64,000 nt of DNA from NCBI GenBank assembly GCA_000004985.1, contig GG738853.1, one strand, 5' to 3'. The DNA is from Naegleria gruberi. Its lineage: Eukaryota. The position numbers and the translations under genes are program-made. Within the stretch, counting starts at the first letter, position 1. Each line of letters begins with the position of its first letter. Positions 13,259-23,403 of this stretch are shown in pieces. The notes beneath the pieces were generated by a model that was given only the letters and a program-made list of their open reading frames with translations, did not search any database and was not told where the DNA came from.

Positions 13259-14134
13259 ATAATTTGTATAAATTGTATTATTACTAATTAGCTACTACTA
13301 TTTTCCATCATCCTCAATTGTTTCAATTACTTTAAATTCAAGTACTATCTTTCTTGTGTTGACAAATAATCATGTAAGAATGCCTTCTGTGAATACAGGA
13401 GGATTTGTGTATGGCTGGTAATAGTCTCATGATTTATAAGGTAAAGTAAGTAATTTTCTCAACAATATTGATATAGGTTCTTATTTAAGAGCCATGAACA
13501 TTAATAAATCCGTCTTAATAGATGAAGTAATAGATGAATTAACAATTGAAAATTTCTCATTTGACTCTTGAATTGTTTACTCAACATCTAATATCGGATA
13601 GTCAATAGAACACTTTTCAAAAAATACAAGGCTTGCTGTTATTTCTTCAAAAGTTGCCAGCTTGGTTGTTCCTTTTTATATGAATTTTCATGATGAATAT
13701 TACTGTTGTGTTTATATTGCTGAAGGCAATCATTGAATTTAAACTCTAATACATTCTCGTTAGGTTTTGTTATTCTTTCTTTCTTCATACAAAAATCATC
13801 ATCACTAATATTTAATTCTTCCGAACAACAAGTAAGCAATGAAGAAGTGTAATAGTAACAGAATGATTAATTGATGAAGTATTAAACAGGAAAGTTAGAT
13901 GTTGTTGTTACTGGCATTTAAAACAAGGCTGTTGTGTGATTGTGAAGCAAGTAGTGTTGAAATTGCAACTTGTGAAATTTTTCTAAATATTTTTTCGCTT
14001 GAATCATTTTCATTGTAAAAATACTGTCAACCCCATTTTAAAAGTTTGTTGAAAAAAAAATCCTCAAATTGTTAGTGTCATTTTATTCTCACATTTTTTA
14101 ATTAACCACACCTTCTTTATCTTTAGATTATCCA

Positions 14135-14779
14135 ATGGTCTCCCATAACAACGCAGTCCCACAAAGCAAGTGGAAGAAGCAATGGACTAACAGAGTCAAA
14201 TTGTTCTTCGATGGTCCAGCTAAGGCTAAGAAGAGACAAGAATTGAGAATCAAGAAGGCTAAGAATGTCTTCCCAAGACCAACCGAATTGTTGAGACCTG
14301 TTGTCAGACTCTCCGGAAGAAGATATAACAGAAGAGTTGCTTTGGGTAGAGGTTTCTCTGTTGAAGAATTGAAGCAAGCTGGTATTCCACTCCAATTCGC
14401 AAAGACTGTTGGTATTGCTATTGACACCAGAAGAAAGGATTTGAGCGAAGAAAGACTCCAAGCTAACGTCCAAAGACTCCAAGAATACAAGCAAAGAGTT
14501 GTTTTGTTCCCAAGAAAGAAGGGTACCGTTAAGAAGGGTCCAATTGCTGATGCTCAAGTTGCTAAGGCTGAATCTCAAGTCAGAGGTACCGTCCTCCCAG
14601 TCAAGAGAGAAGTCGCTGTTGTTGAAACCAGAGATATTTCTGCTCAAGAAAAGGAATCATCAGCTGTTAAGTCTATTGTCAAGGCCAGAAAGTCCATCAA
14701 GCAATTCTCTTATCTCCAAAAGAAGAAGAATAAGGCTGTTGTTGCTACCCCAGCTGGTGCCGTTGTTGCTGACGAATAA
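14135..14779 (+). CDS. RPL13: 60S ribosomal protein L13 (eL13).
   Basis: Colinear with yeast and human eL13 (KWKKQWTNRVKLFFDGPAKAKKR...RPVVR...RGFSVEELKQAGI...ANVQRLQEYK...VLFPRK). High-expression codons. Confidence 0.85.
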   Translation: MVSHNNAVPQSKWKKQWTNRVKLFFDGPAKAKKRQELRIKKAKNVFPRPTELLRPVVRLSGRRYNRRVALGRGFSVEELKQAGIPLQFAKTVGIAIDTRRKDLSEERLQANVQRLQEYKQRVVLFPRKKGTVKKGPIADAQVAKAESQVRGTVLPVKREVAVVETRDISAQEKESSAVKSIVKARKSIKQFSYLQKKKNKAVVATPAGAVVADE

Positions 14780-14860
14780 ATTTATAAATAAAACACAAAC
14801 AAAAATTTCAAAAATCAAAATGTTCATTATTATTATGAAATATTTAACACTAAATAAATT

Positions 14861-15052
14861 TTATTGATTGTCATTTTCTTGTTTGACTCTTTTCTTGATC
14901 TCACTCTTCAAATTAGCTGTATTGCTTGTTCTTTTGGTTGATGTTTCTGTCAATTGTGCAGTTCCTTCCCTTATCTTTGCCTGATAGGATTGAAAGAGTT
15001 TTTCACATTCATCTTCTACTAGCTTAATAAATTGAGCATCAAATGAATCCAT
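14861..15052 (-). CDS. Small hypothetical ORF of 63 aa lying between the RPL13 and MCM7 3' ends.
   Basis: ATG start. No recognisable domain. Confidence 0.2.
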   Translation of the reverse strand: MDSFDAQFIKLVEDECEKLFQSYQAKIREGTAQLTETSTKRTSNTANLKSEIKKRVKQENDNQ

Positions 15053-15121
15053 ATTATTGTTTGGTTGGTTGTTTTTTTATAAAAGGAAACTGTCTTTTAA
15101 GGAATGGTCAATCGGTATTTA

Positions 15122-17547
15122 TTAAGAGAAGCGATAAATTGTTGGGACTCCATTCGTATCATCGCAAATAACGCAAAAACCTTGTTCATTGAATTGATTC
15201 AATACCAATGTTAAAACATCTTTTTCTACTACTTTTGGTTGTTGATTCAAAATGAATGATTTAAAGCTTTCCAATTCAATAGAGCCGCTCTGTGTCTTTC
15301 TTATTAAGTGATGCTTAATATAAGAGACATAGTCAAAATTGGCTGGTACTGTTGTTTCTTTCTTTGTTTTCTTTACAGTTTCTATTGTTGTAATTATTTG
15401 TTTAGCTCCACAATTTAAATAATTTAAACTTCCATCAAAAATTTTAAATACCATTTCAACATCCTCTTCCAAAATTTCATTTCTCATATGAAGTTTAGCC
15501 ATAGCTGATGATAATCTAATTAATGCTTCAAGTGTTCTTGGTGTAATTGGAAAATGAGCTCTTTGAGAATCCACTTTCATGAATTCACTTCTCAAATCCA
15601 CATATTTCTGTGAAATCATTTCTCTTGCTTTATCTGTTAAAGCTGGAGAATATTTCGTCTTGGCAAATTGTATATACTTTTTCAATATATTTAGAGGTAC
15701 ATGTAGAGAATCTAATTGTCCTCGTTCTGCTTTTTTAATAATCTCTTCTGTATCAGAGTATGAAATTTCATCTTTTAAATCATTCTTATTAGAGAAGAGA
15801 GTACTATTCAATTCTTCTTTAAGAATATGTGATGTTGATGAATCATTTGTAAATTTGTGAACTCCTAATACATGTCTCGCAATATCTCTATCTAATGTTG
15901 AATCATTTTCATCTGTTAAAACGAAAACCAGATCAAATCTAGATAATAAAGTATCAGGTATCATTATATTTCTATGAATTGGTAAATTTTTATCATATTT
16001 ACCATAAACAGGATTACATGCTCCCAGCACTGAACATCTTGCATTAAGTCTTACAGCAATACCTGCTTTGTAAACTGAAAAAGATTGTTGTTCCATAACT
16101 TCATGCATGTGAACTCTTTCCACATCCGTCATTTTATCCAATTCATCTATACATACAATTCCACCATCTGCTAGAACCATTGCTCCAGCTTGAAGTATTC
16201 TTTCATTATTTTCTGTAACTACAGCTGCTGTTAAACCAACACCACTCGAAGATCTGGCATTGGCTGAAATTGCTAAAGGTGCACAATTAAGTACAAATCT
16301 TAAAAATTGAGATTTAGCTGTTGATGGATCTCCTATTAATAATACATTAATATTTCCTCTTATTTTTGTATTAGTTTCAGTAAATTCCTTATCAACACCT
16401 CCTAGTAAGAAAAGCAATAATGCTTTTTTTATAATGTCATGTCCATATATAGATGGTGCTATTGAATTTGAAAGTATATGAAATATATTTGGACATTTAC
16501 AAAGTTGACTAATTAAAACACTTTCCTTAATAGATATATCATTTAAAGGTGTCACAATTCCACTAGTTTTGATTATATTATTTACAATAAGTGATACTCT
16601 TGCAAGTGATTTTTTCTTTTTTAAAATTCCAGGTATTGAAATCACTTTATAAGTTCCAAATATTTTAACTCGGTCTCCTGCTTTAACTTGATCACATAAA
16701 TCACATTCTAAAATACATTCTATTGATCTAGGTAATTGTCCAACAGGTGATTTTTCAGGTAAATCTTGTAAAACTATTCTTTGAGTATCCACAAAATCTG
16801 AAAGTCCAAATTCAAAATCTAAACTATTTCCTTCAACATCTTCTAATGGAATTGGATTTATAAAATTATTATCATTTAACAAGTTACTTTCATAGTCAAC
16901 TTTGGAAAATATTTTAGTTTTTTCACAATAATGTATTGATGATATTAATCTTTGTGAAATATTTCCACCTTTTTCAATGATATTCATAATATAATATATA
17001 TACAAATTGATAGAATATATAATGGACACATATTTCAAGTAATAAAAAGATATACACAGTATTAATATATAATTGAATAAAAATGGAAATTCATTAACAA
17101 CTTACAACAAGTAACAATTCCTTCTAAACAAATTAATTTTCCTATATGTATTGATTGTAAATATCTGGGCGATAAATCATAAATTGCATTTCCAGAAATC
17201 CCAATAGAAATTTTTGTATCTTGTTCAAAATATTTACAATCAATTTTCTGAATTTCTTCATGTAAAGCAATTTCCAATGAAGGAAATAAATATGAAGGAT
17301 TCATTTGTAATTTATGACAAAGTGTTGTATCATAACTTCGTAAATCATTTAAATCCACAACAAGCCTACAATAATCACTCTGTATAGAAAGTAATCTTTT
17401 TAATTTTGATGAATATACAATTTCTCCCTATACATTATTAATAAAGATGATACATGATGAAAAACCTACATTAACTTGATAGGTTGAGAGAAAATGTCGG
17501 AAGTGTTGAATTTGATGACGAAGTTCGCCTTCATCATTTAAATTCAT
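15122..17547 (-). CDS. MCM7: MCM7 replicative helicase subunit. Exons are approximately 17547..17470, 17427..17105 and 16968..15122.
   Basis: MCM7-specific motifs: SIAPSIYGHDIIKKALLLFLLGG, KIRGNINVLLIGDPSTAKSQ, HEVMEQQSFSVYKAGIAVRLNARCSVLGACNP and the arginine finger SRFDL. The N-terminal exons read MNLNDEGELRHQIQHF..., DLNDLRSY... and ...IVTC. Introns are a 42-nt GTAGGT...TATAG and a roughly 136-nt GTAAGT...AAAAAG. Confidence 0.8.
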
Positions 17548-17561
17548 TTTTTTCTTTGAGG

Positions 17562-17583
17562 TTTTTTTTTAAAAAAAAAAAAG
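17562..17583. promoter_or_regulatory. T9-A12 poly(dT)-poly(dA) tract immediately upstream of the MCM7 start codon.
   Basis: Read as ...gaggttttttttt aaaaaaaaaaaa gcatgaaattg... with the minus-strand MCM7 ATG at 17547. Confidence 0.3.
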
Positions 17584-18889
17584 CATGAAATTGTGCGACC
17601 TCTCAATGGAAGCAAATATAACATTAAACTTAACATTAAACTTGATGAAGATGGTGTTGCTGCGATGGCAATGATAAAAGATTGAGAGTTTAATATAAAT
17701 CACATGTTTTATATTCCATGATTGAGAAGATTGGGAAGTAGATTAGATTTATGGAATTTTATAATTAAATGAACAAGTAAATGCTAATAACCATTAATGT
17801 TGTTATGAATGAAATGGTGGTGAAGGAATTAATGATGGAAATTGATGATGAGAATGGGATGAACATGATTTGATGGAATTGGATGGATTTAGAATTGGAA
17901 AATCAAAACATATTGAGTGTCAGAAGGTGGATATTGACTGTTTGTGAACACATGTTGAAATAATCATTTCATTCTTCAAATGTGAAATAACAGTTGAACC
18001 TTTTTTACATCCATCAAATGGTGGTTTACAAATATTGATAGAAAATGGATTTCCTTTTATGTAAATGTATGGGAAGGATTTGAAGATTTTTGATTTTCTG
18101 TTAGTTACTTTCCTTAATTTCACTCTTTACAAATGTTGAATTTAATCCATTTATATTCCAACCTCTTTACATATTTTTTTAGGATTGGATATTATTTTAC
18201 TATATTTGTTATTGATCCATGCAAATTTAACATTTTACATGTGGAAGAATATATTATTTACCTAATTTATAAATTAATAGCTAAAATAGAAGGAGCGGCT
18301 GAAGCTTTCCTACAACAAGATACAGAAGCCATTGAAAAATTCAATTTCCATTTTGTAAAATATTGGAATGATATGAGAATTGCAAGTTTATGTGGTTGTA
18401 AACTTAGAATGGTTGGTGTTTTAACACTTGATATTGATACACCTCTCTATAAGACTTGGTATTGTTGACTAATTATTGTAACAATTTTCAAAAATAATCA
18501 AACATTCATTTGAAAAATAGACAACTCTTCCACCAGCAATATTTAAATTAATTATTCAGAGAGAATAAAGTCTGGAAGAGGATCTATTCTGAAACTGAAG
18601 AAAGAATTCATGTTAGTTTAAGTGATAATTCACTTTCTAACACTATTACACCTCGAGATTCTATTGAGAAATCTGTATTAAAGACGAAACTGTTATTCAA
18701 ACTGCCATTAGAATTTGTATTGAAACGAATTCATGCAAATTGAAGAAAGTTAATGCAATTAATCCTCAACAATATATTTACAAATTTACATGCAAACTGT
18801 TTCACAATCACCTTATTCTGAAGAAGATTATTAGAAACAATTCTAAAATTGAATAAGTTTACAATTATTTCGAATAACAATAAAAAAAA

Positions 18890-21800
18890 ATGCCCAAACA
18901 TTCCTTCACTGATTTGTTAATTGTTGCAATAAGTGATGATCATCATACTTCCGATGATGATAATGATGATGAACATGATTGTGATAAATTAATATTTAAA
19001 CATTTTCAACAAATTTCCTCTGCCAGAATTGAAAAAAACAAATCAATTTATAAGCATCTATTATTATTAGAAAACCGATTAGAAACCATTTCCACATTCA
19101 TTGAAAAATATCCATTTCCTGATAATGATTGTAAATTGGCAATTTTTAAAGCAGTGAGTAAAAATGGATTATTTCTGGAAGCAGCTTCTGCAAATTTGAG
19201 AAATGATGAGGAAATTGTAATGAGAGCTGTTAAAAAAAATGTAAATGCTATAGAGTTTGTGAGTGAAGAATTGAGAAGTGATAGAGAATTTGTGAAGAGG
19301 ATGATTGTTTCTGCAAGGGAAAGACTTGGTGGTACTTGTAGCTTTTTCAAACATCTCGACAAATTTCATGACGATGAGGAAATTGTAAAAATGATGGTGA
19401 AGAAATTTGCCAATTCTCTAGAATTTGTATCTACACGATTGAAGAATGAGAGGGAAATTATTTTGGAGGCTGTTAAAAGGAGAGGTTCATCTATTAGATT
19501 TGTACCAGAACATTTGATCGATAGAGAGGTGGTGTTAATATCTGTGAAAAGTTTTTTTCTGGCACTGAAATATGTACCTTCAGAGTTTTTAAATGATAGA
19601 GAAATTCTCTCTGCTGCTATTGACTTTTCAGGAATTTCAATGCAATATGCATCTGATGAGATTAAGAGTGATAGAGAGTTTGTTCTAGAAATGGTAAAAT
19701 TGAAGGGTGATTGTTATTGTTATATAGCAGGCCATCTCAAACTTGATAGGGAAATAGCCATAGAAGCTATAAAGACAAGTTCACAAAGTTTAAGATATGC
19801 ACCTGATCATTTCAAAGATGATGATGAAATTGTTTCAATAGCAGTTAGAAAAGATTTGTCCATTGTTTCTGCTGCTTCACAGAGATTTAGAGATAATGCT
19901 GATTTTATCTATGATATGGCTTCATCAGCATCTCGAGTGCTTGATTATATTACAAATTGTAATTATCCTTTGGCTAACGATAGAGAATTTAATCTAAGAT
20001 TGGTAGAAAAATTTGCCAATTACAGTGAGGATATTAAATATGCACTAAATCACGGAATAGAAAAGGAACTTATTTTGAAATTAATAGAGATAGATCCTGA
20101 TTGCTTTGTAAAGGTACAGAGTGAGGATATTAAGAATGATAGAAAATTATTATTCGATTTATTACCACATGGGGAGGAAATTCTTGACCTAATTCCTGAG
20201 AGTTTGAGTAATGACAGAGAACTCATTCTAAGAGCTGTGAAAATTTATCCTATCGCTTTAAAGATGGCTTCCGAGGAGCTGCGTGCTGATAGAGATATTG
20301 CTGTTCAGGCATTAATGTGTAGTGTTGATAACTTTGAGTTTTTATCAGAGGAATTAAGAAGTGATGGAAAGATAATAGAGGACATTCTTATTAGGGATGC
20401 CTATGTGTTGCAATTTGCGCCAGAATCATTTGGAAATGATAGAGAAATAATAACAACAGCTATCAGAAACTCATTCTCTAATACTTATTCTTTTATAGGG
20501 TATGAACTAAAGGAGGATAGGGAGCTTATTTTAGACTATGTAAAGAGATGTGGATCTATTGAAAATATTCTTCAAGATTTTCGAAACGATAGGGAAATTG
20601 TACTAACAGCTATTCAACAAAATGGAAGTGAATTTCAGTACGCCTCCAAATCTCTACGTAGTGATAGAGAGCTAGCATTAATTGCCGTCAGAAACTCATG
20701 TTCTTTAGAGCATGTACTTGTGGAAAAATTCGATAGAGAGCTTGTTTATGAAGCTTGCAAAATTGAATCAGAAAATCTTGAATATGCTTCAGAGTTTAGA
20801 GATGATGAAGATATTGTTATGGTGGCAGCTTGTTCTGATACTGGTTCAAAGTTTTTCCAGTACGCAAGTGATCGATTGAGAAATAATAGAGATTTTGTTT
20901 TGAAGGTTGCAAAGGTAAATGCTGGAATCATTCGATACATTTCAGAAGAGCTTTGTCAAGATAGGGAAATTATCATGACTGCTGTTTCAGCTGATGGAAA
21001 GTTATTAAAACATGCATCAGAAGAATTGAAAGGCGATAGACAAGTTGTGGAAAAGGCAATCAATTCATATTCTCGTTCCTTGAAATTTGCTTCTGAATAT
21101 TTAAGAAAAGATCAAGAGTTATTTGAAAAAGCTATATCAAAAGAATTAACCTATTCTCTCGCCACAAATAAGGAAATGATGAACAAAATTGATGTGAAAA
21201 TAATAGAGAAATGTGTGGTTGAACAAGGATATTCACTTAGTTATGTACCTGATTCTGTAAAAAGGAATAGAAGTCTTGTTATTAAGGCTGTAAATGCTGA
21301 CATGGATAATATTTTACATGTGCCACACGAGTTGATTGACAAGGAATTCATTATGGAATTGTCTCCAGCCAAGTTCAATATATTATTACTTCCACTCAAA
21401 TGGAGAAGAGATAGAGATATAGTATTGAAGGCATTGGAAAGTAATGGAAAAACAATAGTTTACCTTTCAGAGGAATTTAAAAATGAATTTAAAAACAACA
21501 GGGAAATATTACTGAAAGCAATGAAAACTGACAGCATTCCTTTCATTTATGCAAGTGAAGAATTACAAAATGATAGAGAATTTGTTTTGGAATCTGTTGC
21601 AACAAATGGAAAGGTATTAAATCACGTACCACTTGAATATCAGCTAGACAGAGAAATTGTCTTGACAGCTGTCAAAAATGATGGAAATTCTATTGAATTT
21701 GGAGCCACTTGCTTCATGAAAGATAGAGAAATTATGTGGAATGTAGTTCAAAACTTTTTATCAGAGAAAAATACATCCAATCCACTTATTTATGGCTCAT

Positions 21801-22087
21801 TTGAAATACGAAGTGATAGAGAACTAGTTCTGGAAGCTGTTCGACATGATTACAACGCCCTAGACTATGCTGCTCAAGAATTGTTATGTGATGAAGAATT
21901 TATGACCCAATGTGTGGAAATTAACATTAACAGTCTAATGTATGCCCATTATCAATTAAGATTCAACATTGATTTCCTTAAACGATTGAACAAGACAGAA
22001 ATTATTAGTGAAACAACTGATTTACATGACTGTATTGATATTGAAGGACTATTAGGATATTATCCAAAGTTAAAAGGTTTAATTTAA
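18890..22087 (+). CDS. Giant DUF4116-repeat protein of 1065 aa with about 33 tandem repeats of roughly 33 aa. It is intronless.
   Basis: The motif L(R/K)(N/S)DREIVLxAVKxNGxxLxYASEEL recurs from residue 100 to the C-terminus. Start context is aaaaaaaaATG. Confidence 0.8.
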   Translation: MPKHSFTDLLIVAISDDHHTSDDDNDDEHDCDKLIFKHFQQISSARIEKNKSIYKHLLLLENRLETISTFIEKYPFPDNDCKLAIFKAVSKNGLFLEAASANLRNDEEIVMRAVKKNVNAIEFVSEELRSDREFVKRMIVSARERLGGTCSFFKHLDKFHDDEEIVKMMVKKFANSLEFVSTRLKNEREIILEAVKRRGSSIRFVPEHLIDREVVLISVKSFFLALKYVPSEFLNDREILSAAIDFSGISMQYASDEIKSDREFVLEMVKLKGDCYCYIAGHLKLDREIAIEAIKTSSQSLRYAPDHFKDDDEIVSIAVRKDLSIVSAASQRFRDNADFIYDMASSASRVLDYITNCNYPLANDREFNLRLVEKFANYSEDIKYALNHGIEKELILKLIEIDPDCFVKVQSEDIKNDRKLLFDLLPHGEEILDLIPESLSNDRELILRAVKIYPIALKMASEELRADRDIAVQALMCSVDNFEFLSEELRSDGKIIEDILIRDAYVLQFAPESFGNDREIITTAIRNSFSNTYSFIGYELKEDRELILDYVKRCGSIENILQDFRNDREIVLTAIQQNGSEFQYASKSLRSDRELALIAVRNSCSLEHVLVEKFDRELVYEACKIESENLEYASEFRDDEDIVMVAACSDTGSKFFQYASDRLRNNRDFVLKVAKVNAGIIRYISEELCQDREIIMTAVSADGKLLKHASEELKGDRQVVEKAINSYSRSLKFASEYLRKDQELFEKAISKELTYSLATNKEMMNKIDVKIIEKCVVEQGYSLSYVPDSVKRNRSLVIKAVNADMDNILHVPHELIDKEFIMELSPAKFNILLLPLKWRRDRDIVLKALESNGKTIVYLSEEFKNEFKNNREILLKAMKTDSIPFIYASEELQNDREFVLESVATNGKVLNHVPLEYQLDREIVLTAVKNDGNSIEFGATCFMKDREIMWNVVQNFLSEKNTSNPLIYGSFEIRSDRELVLEAVRHDYNALDYAAQELLCDEEFMTQCVEININSLMYAHYQLRFNIDFLKRLNKTEIISETTDLHDCIDIEGLLGYYPKLKGLI

Positions 22088-22347
22088 TTGACAGAATCAA
22101 ATACTGCTTACATTGTCATCCTTATTCATCTTTGAGAAAATGCAAATACTTGAAAGTTGAGTTGCTATTTGAATAGTAAATTATTTGAAAATTGAATCAG
22201 TCAAGTTTCTTTAATGAAATCAGTTTTCCATCCAAATATGGAACCTTACATCTAACTTTTTTTGGTTTGTTCCAAATGAAAAACTATCGAAATGGTTTAA
22301 ATTAGCACCATCCTGGTTGAACTATTCCATCCAACAAAAACAAAAAA

Positions 22348-23319
22348 ATGAAAGTGAATCTAATCTTTTCAATTGCAATTCTACTCTTGCTTGCAATCCT
22401 CTCAGTTCAAGCAAGTGACAACTATCAAACTAAACCTCCAGTTGTCGTAGTCGACAAGTATCACAAGCCAAGAGTTTGTAAGAGAAAATGCTTAAAGCAC
22501 AAGTGGATTAAGAAGTGTTTGAAACATAAACTCGTTGGTCAAAAGAAGGTCTGTGATCAATATGCAATTGTTGGCGCTGGCAAATGTCTCAAACATAAGA
22601 AATATTCCAAATGTGACAAGTACAGCAAGCCAACAAAGAAGTGTGTCTTACATGCATACAAGATTGTTGGATGCGCCAAGAAGAAGTACTGGAAAGTTTG
22701 CGATTCTTATGGAACTAAGAAGATTTGTGTTAAGAAGGGTTTCAAGAAATTCTGTGCCAAACACAAGATTATCAACAAGTGTTTCAAGAAGGGATTTAAG
22801 AAGGTCTGTAAGAAATTCAAGAAGGTTCCAATCAAGAAGTGTGAAAAGAAGAAGATTTGTGACAAGTACACTGTTGATTCCTACAATAAGAAGGTTGCCA
22901 AATGTAGATATGTTAAAAAGTGCAAGATTGTTTCATGGGCAAAGAAATGTGCCAAGTATAAGAAGGTTAAATATTGTAAGGAGAGAAAATCTGTTAAGAA
23001 GTGTTGTCTCATTAAGAAGAAATTCTTCTGTGCCAAGCATAAGATCTTCAAGTTCTGTAAGCACAAGAAGACTATTTCCAAATGTGTCAAATATCAAAAG
23101 AAGAAGTATTGTGCCAAGACAATTATTATTCCTCCAAGATGTATCAAGAAGAAGTATTATAAGAAGTGTTTGAAACGTTCAAAGGGAAAGAAGATTTGTA
23201 AGAAATTTAAGTTGGTTGGTGGAAAGAAGAAGTGTTGCAAGTCAATCAAGAAGAAGATTTGTATCAAGAGAAAGACATGTAAGAAGGTATCAAAGCCAAT
23301 CATCAAACCATCCTTGTAA
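22348..23319 (+). CDS. Secreted, extremely basic Lys/Cys-rich protein (323 aa, about 28% Lys and 13% Cys) with a C-x(5-9)-C periodicity. It is intronless.
   Basis: A signal peptide (MKVNLIFSIAILLLLAILSVQA) is followed by KKC/KHK repeats. It uses high-expression codons (aag, tgt, ttc). Start context is aaaaaaATG. Confidence 0.7.
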   Translation: MKVNLIFSIAILLLLAILSVQASDNYQTKPPVVVVDKYHKPRVCKRKCLKHKWIKKCLKHKLVGQKKVCDQYAIVGAGKCLKHKKYSKCDKYSKPTKKCVLHAYKIVGCAKKKYWKVCDSYGTKKICVKKGFKKFCAKHKIINKCFKKGFKKVCKKFKKVPIKKCEKKKICDKYTVDSYNKKVAKCRYVKKCKIVSWAKKCAKYKKVKYCKERKSVKKCCLIKKKFFCAKHKIFKFCKHKKTISKCVKYQKKKYCAKTIIIPPRCIKKKYYKKCLKRSKGKKICKKFKLVGGKKKCCKSIKKKICIKRKTCKKVSKPIIKPSL

Positions 23320-23403
23320 ATTAAAATCATTACTTGATTTCCAAATATGTAAGATAATAAATGTACATTTGTGTAAATAAAAGAATAAATAGTTGTATTT
23401 ACA

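Noticed and set aside
17100-17165. An apparent extra A (gtaaaatat) in my reading of the printed sequence, which would break the MCM7 exon-2 ORF that the track reports as intact (…PRYLQSIHIGK…).
   Set aside because: The track is computed from the true sequence and its coordinates are internally consistent at 297 nt. This is most likely my counting or reading slip. I used the track frame and flagged the exon coordinates as ±1.
17920-18468. Track ORFs 17920..18123 (-) and 18133..18468 (+) in the MCM7 / DUF4116 intergenic region.
   Set aside because: Alternative-start ORFs in AT-rich spacer with no domain similarity and no A-rich ATG context. The C-terminal 60 aa of 18133..18468 look mildly protein-like, but I could not support a gene.
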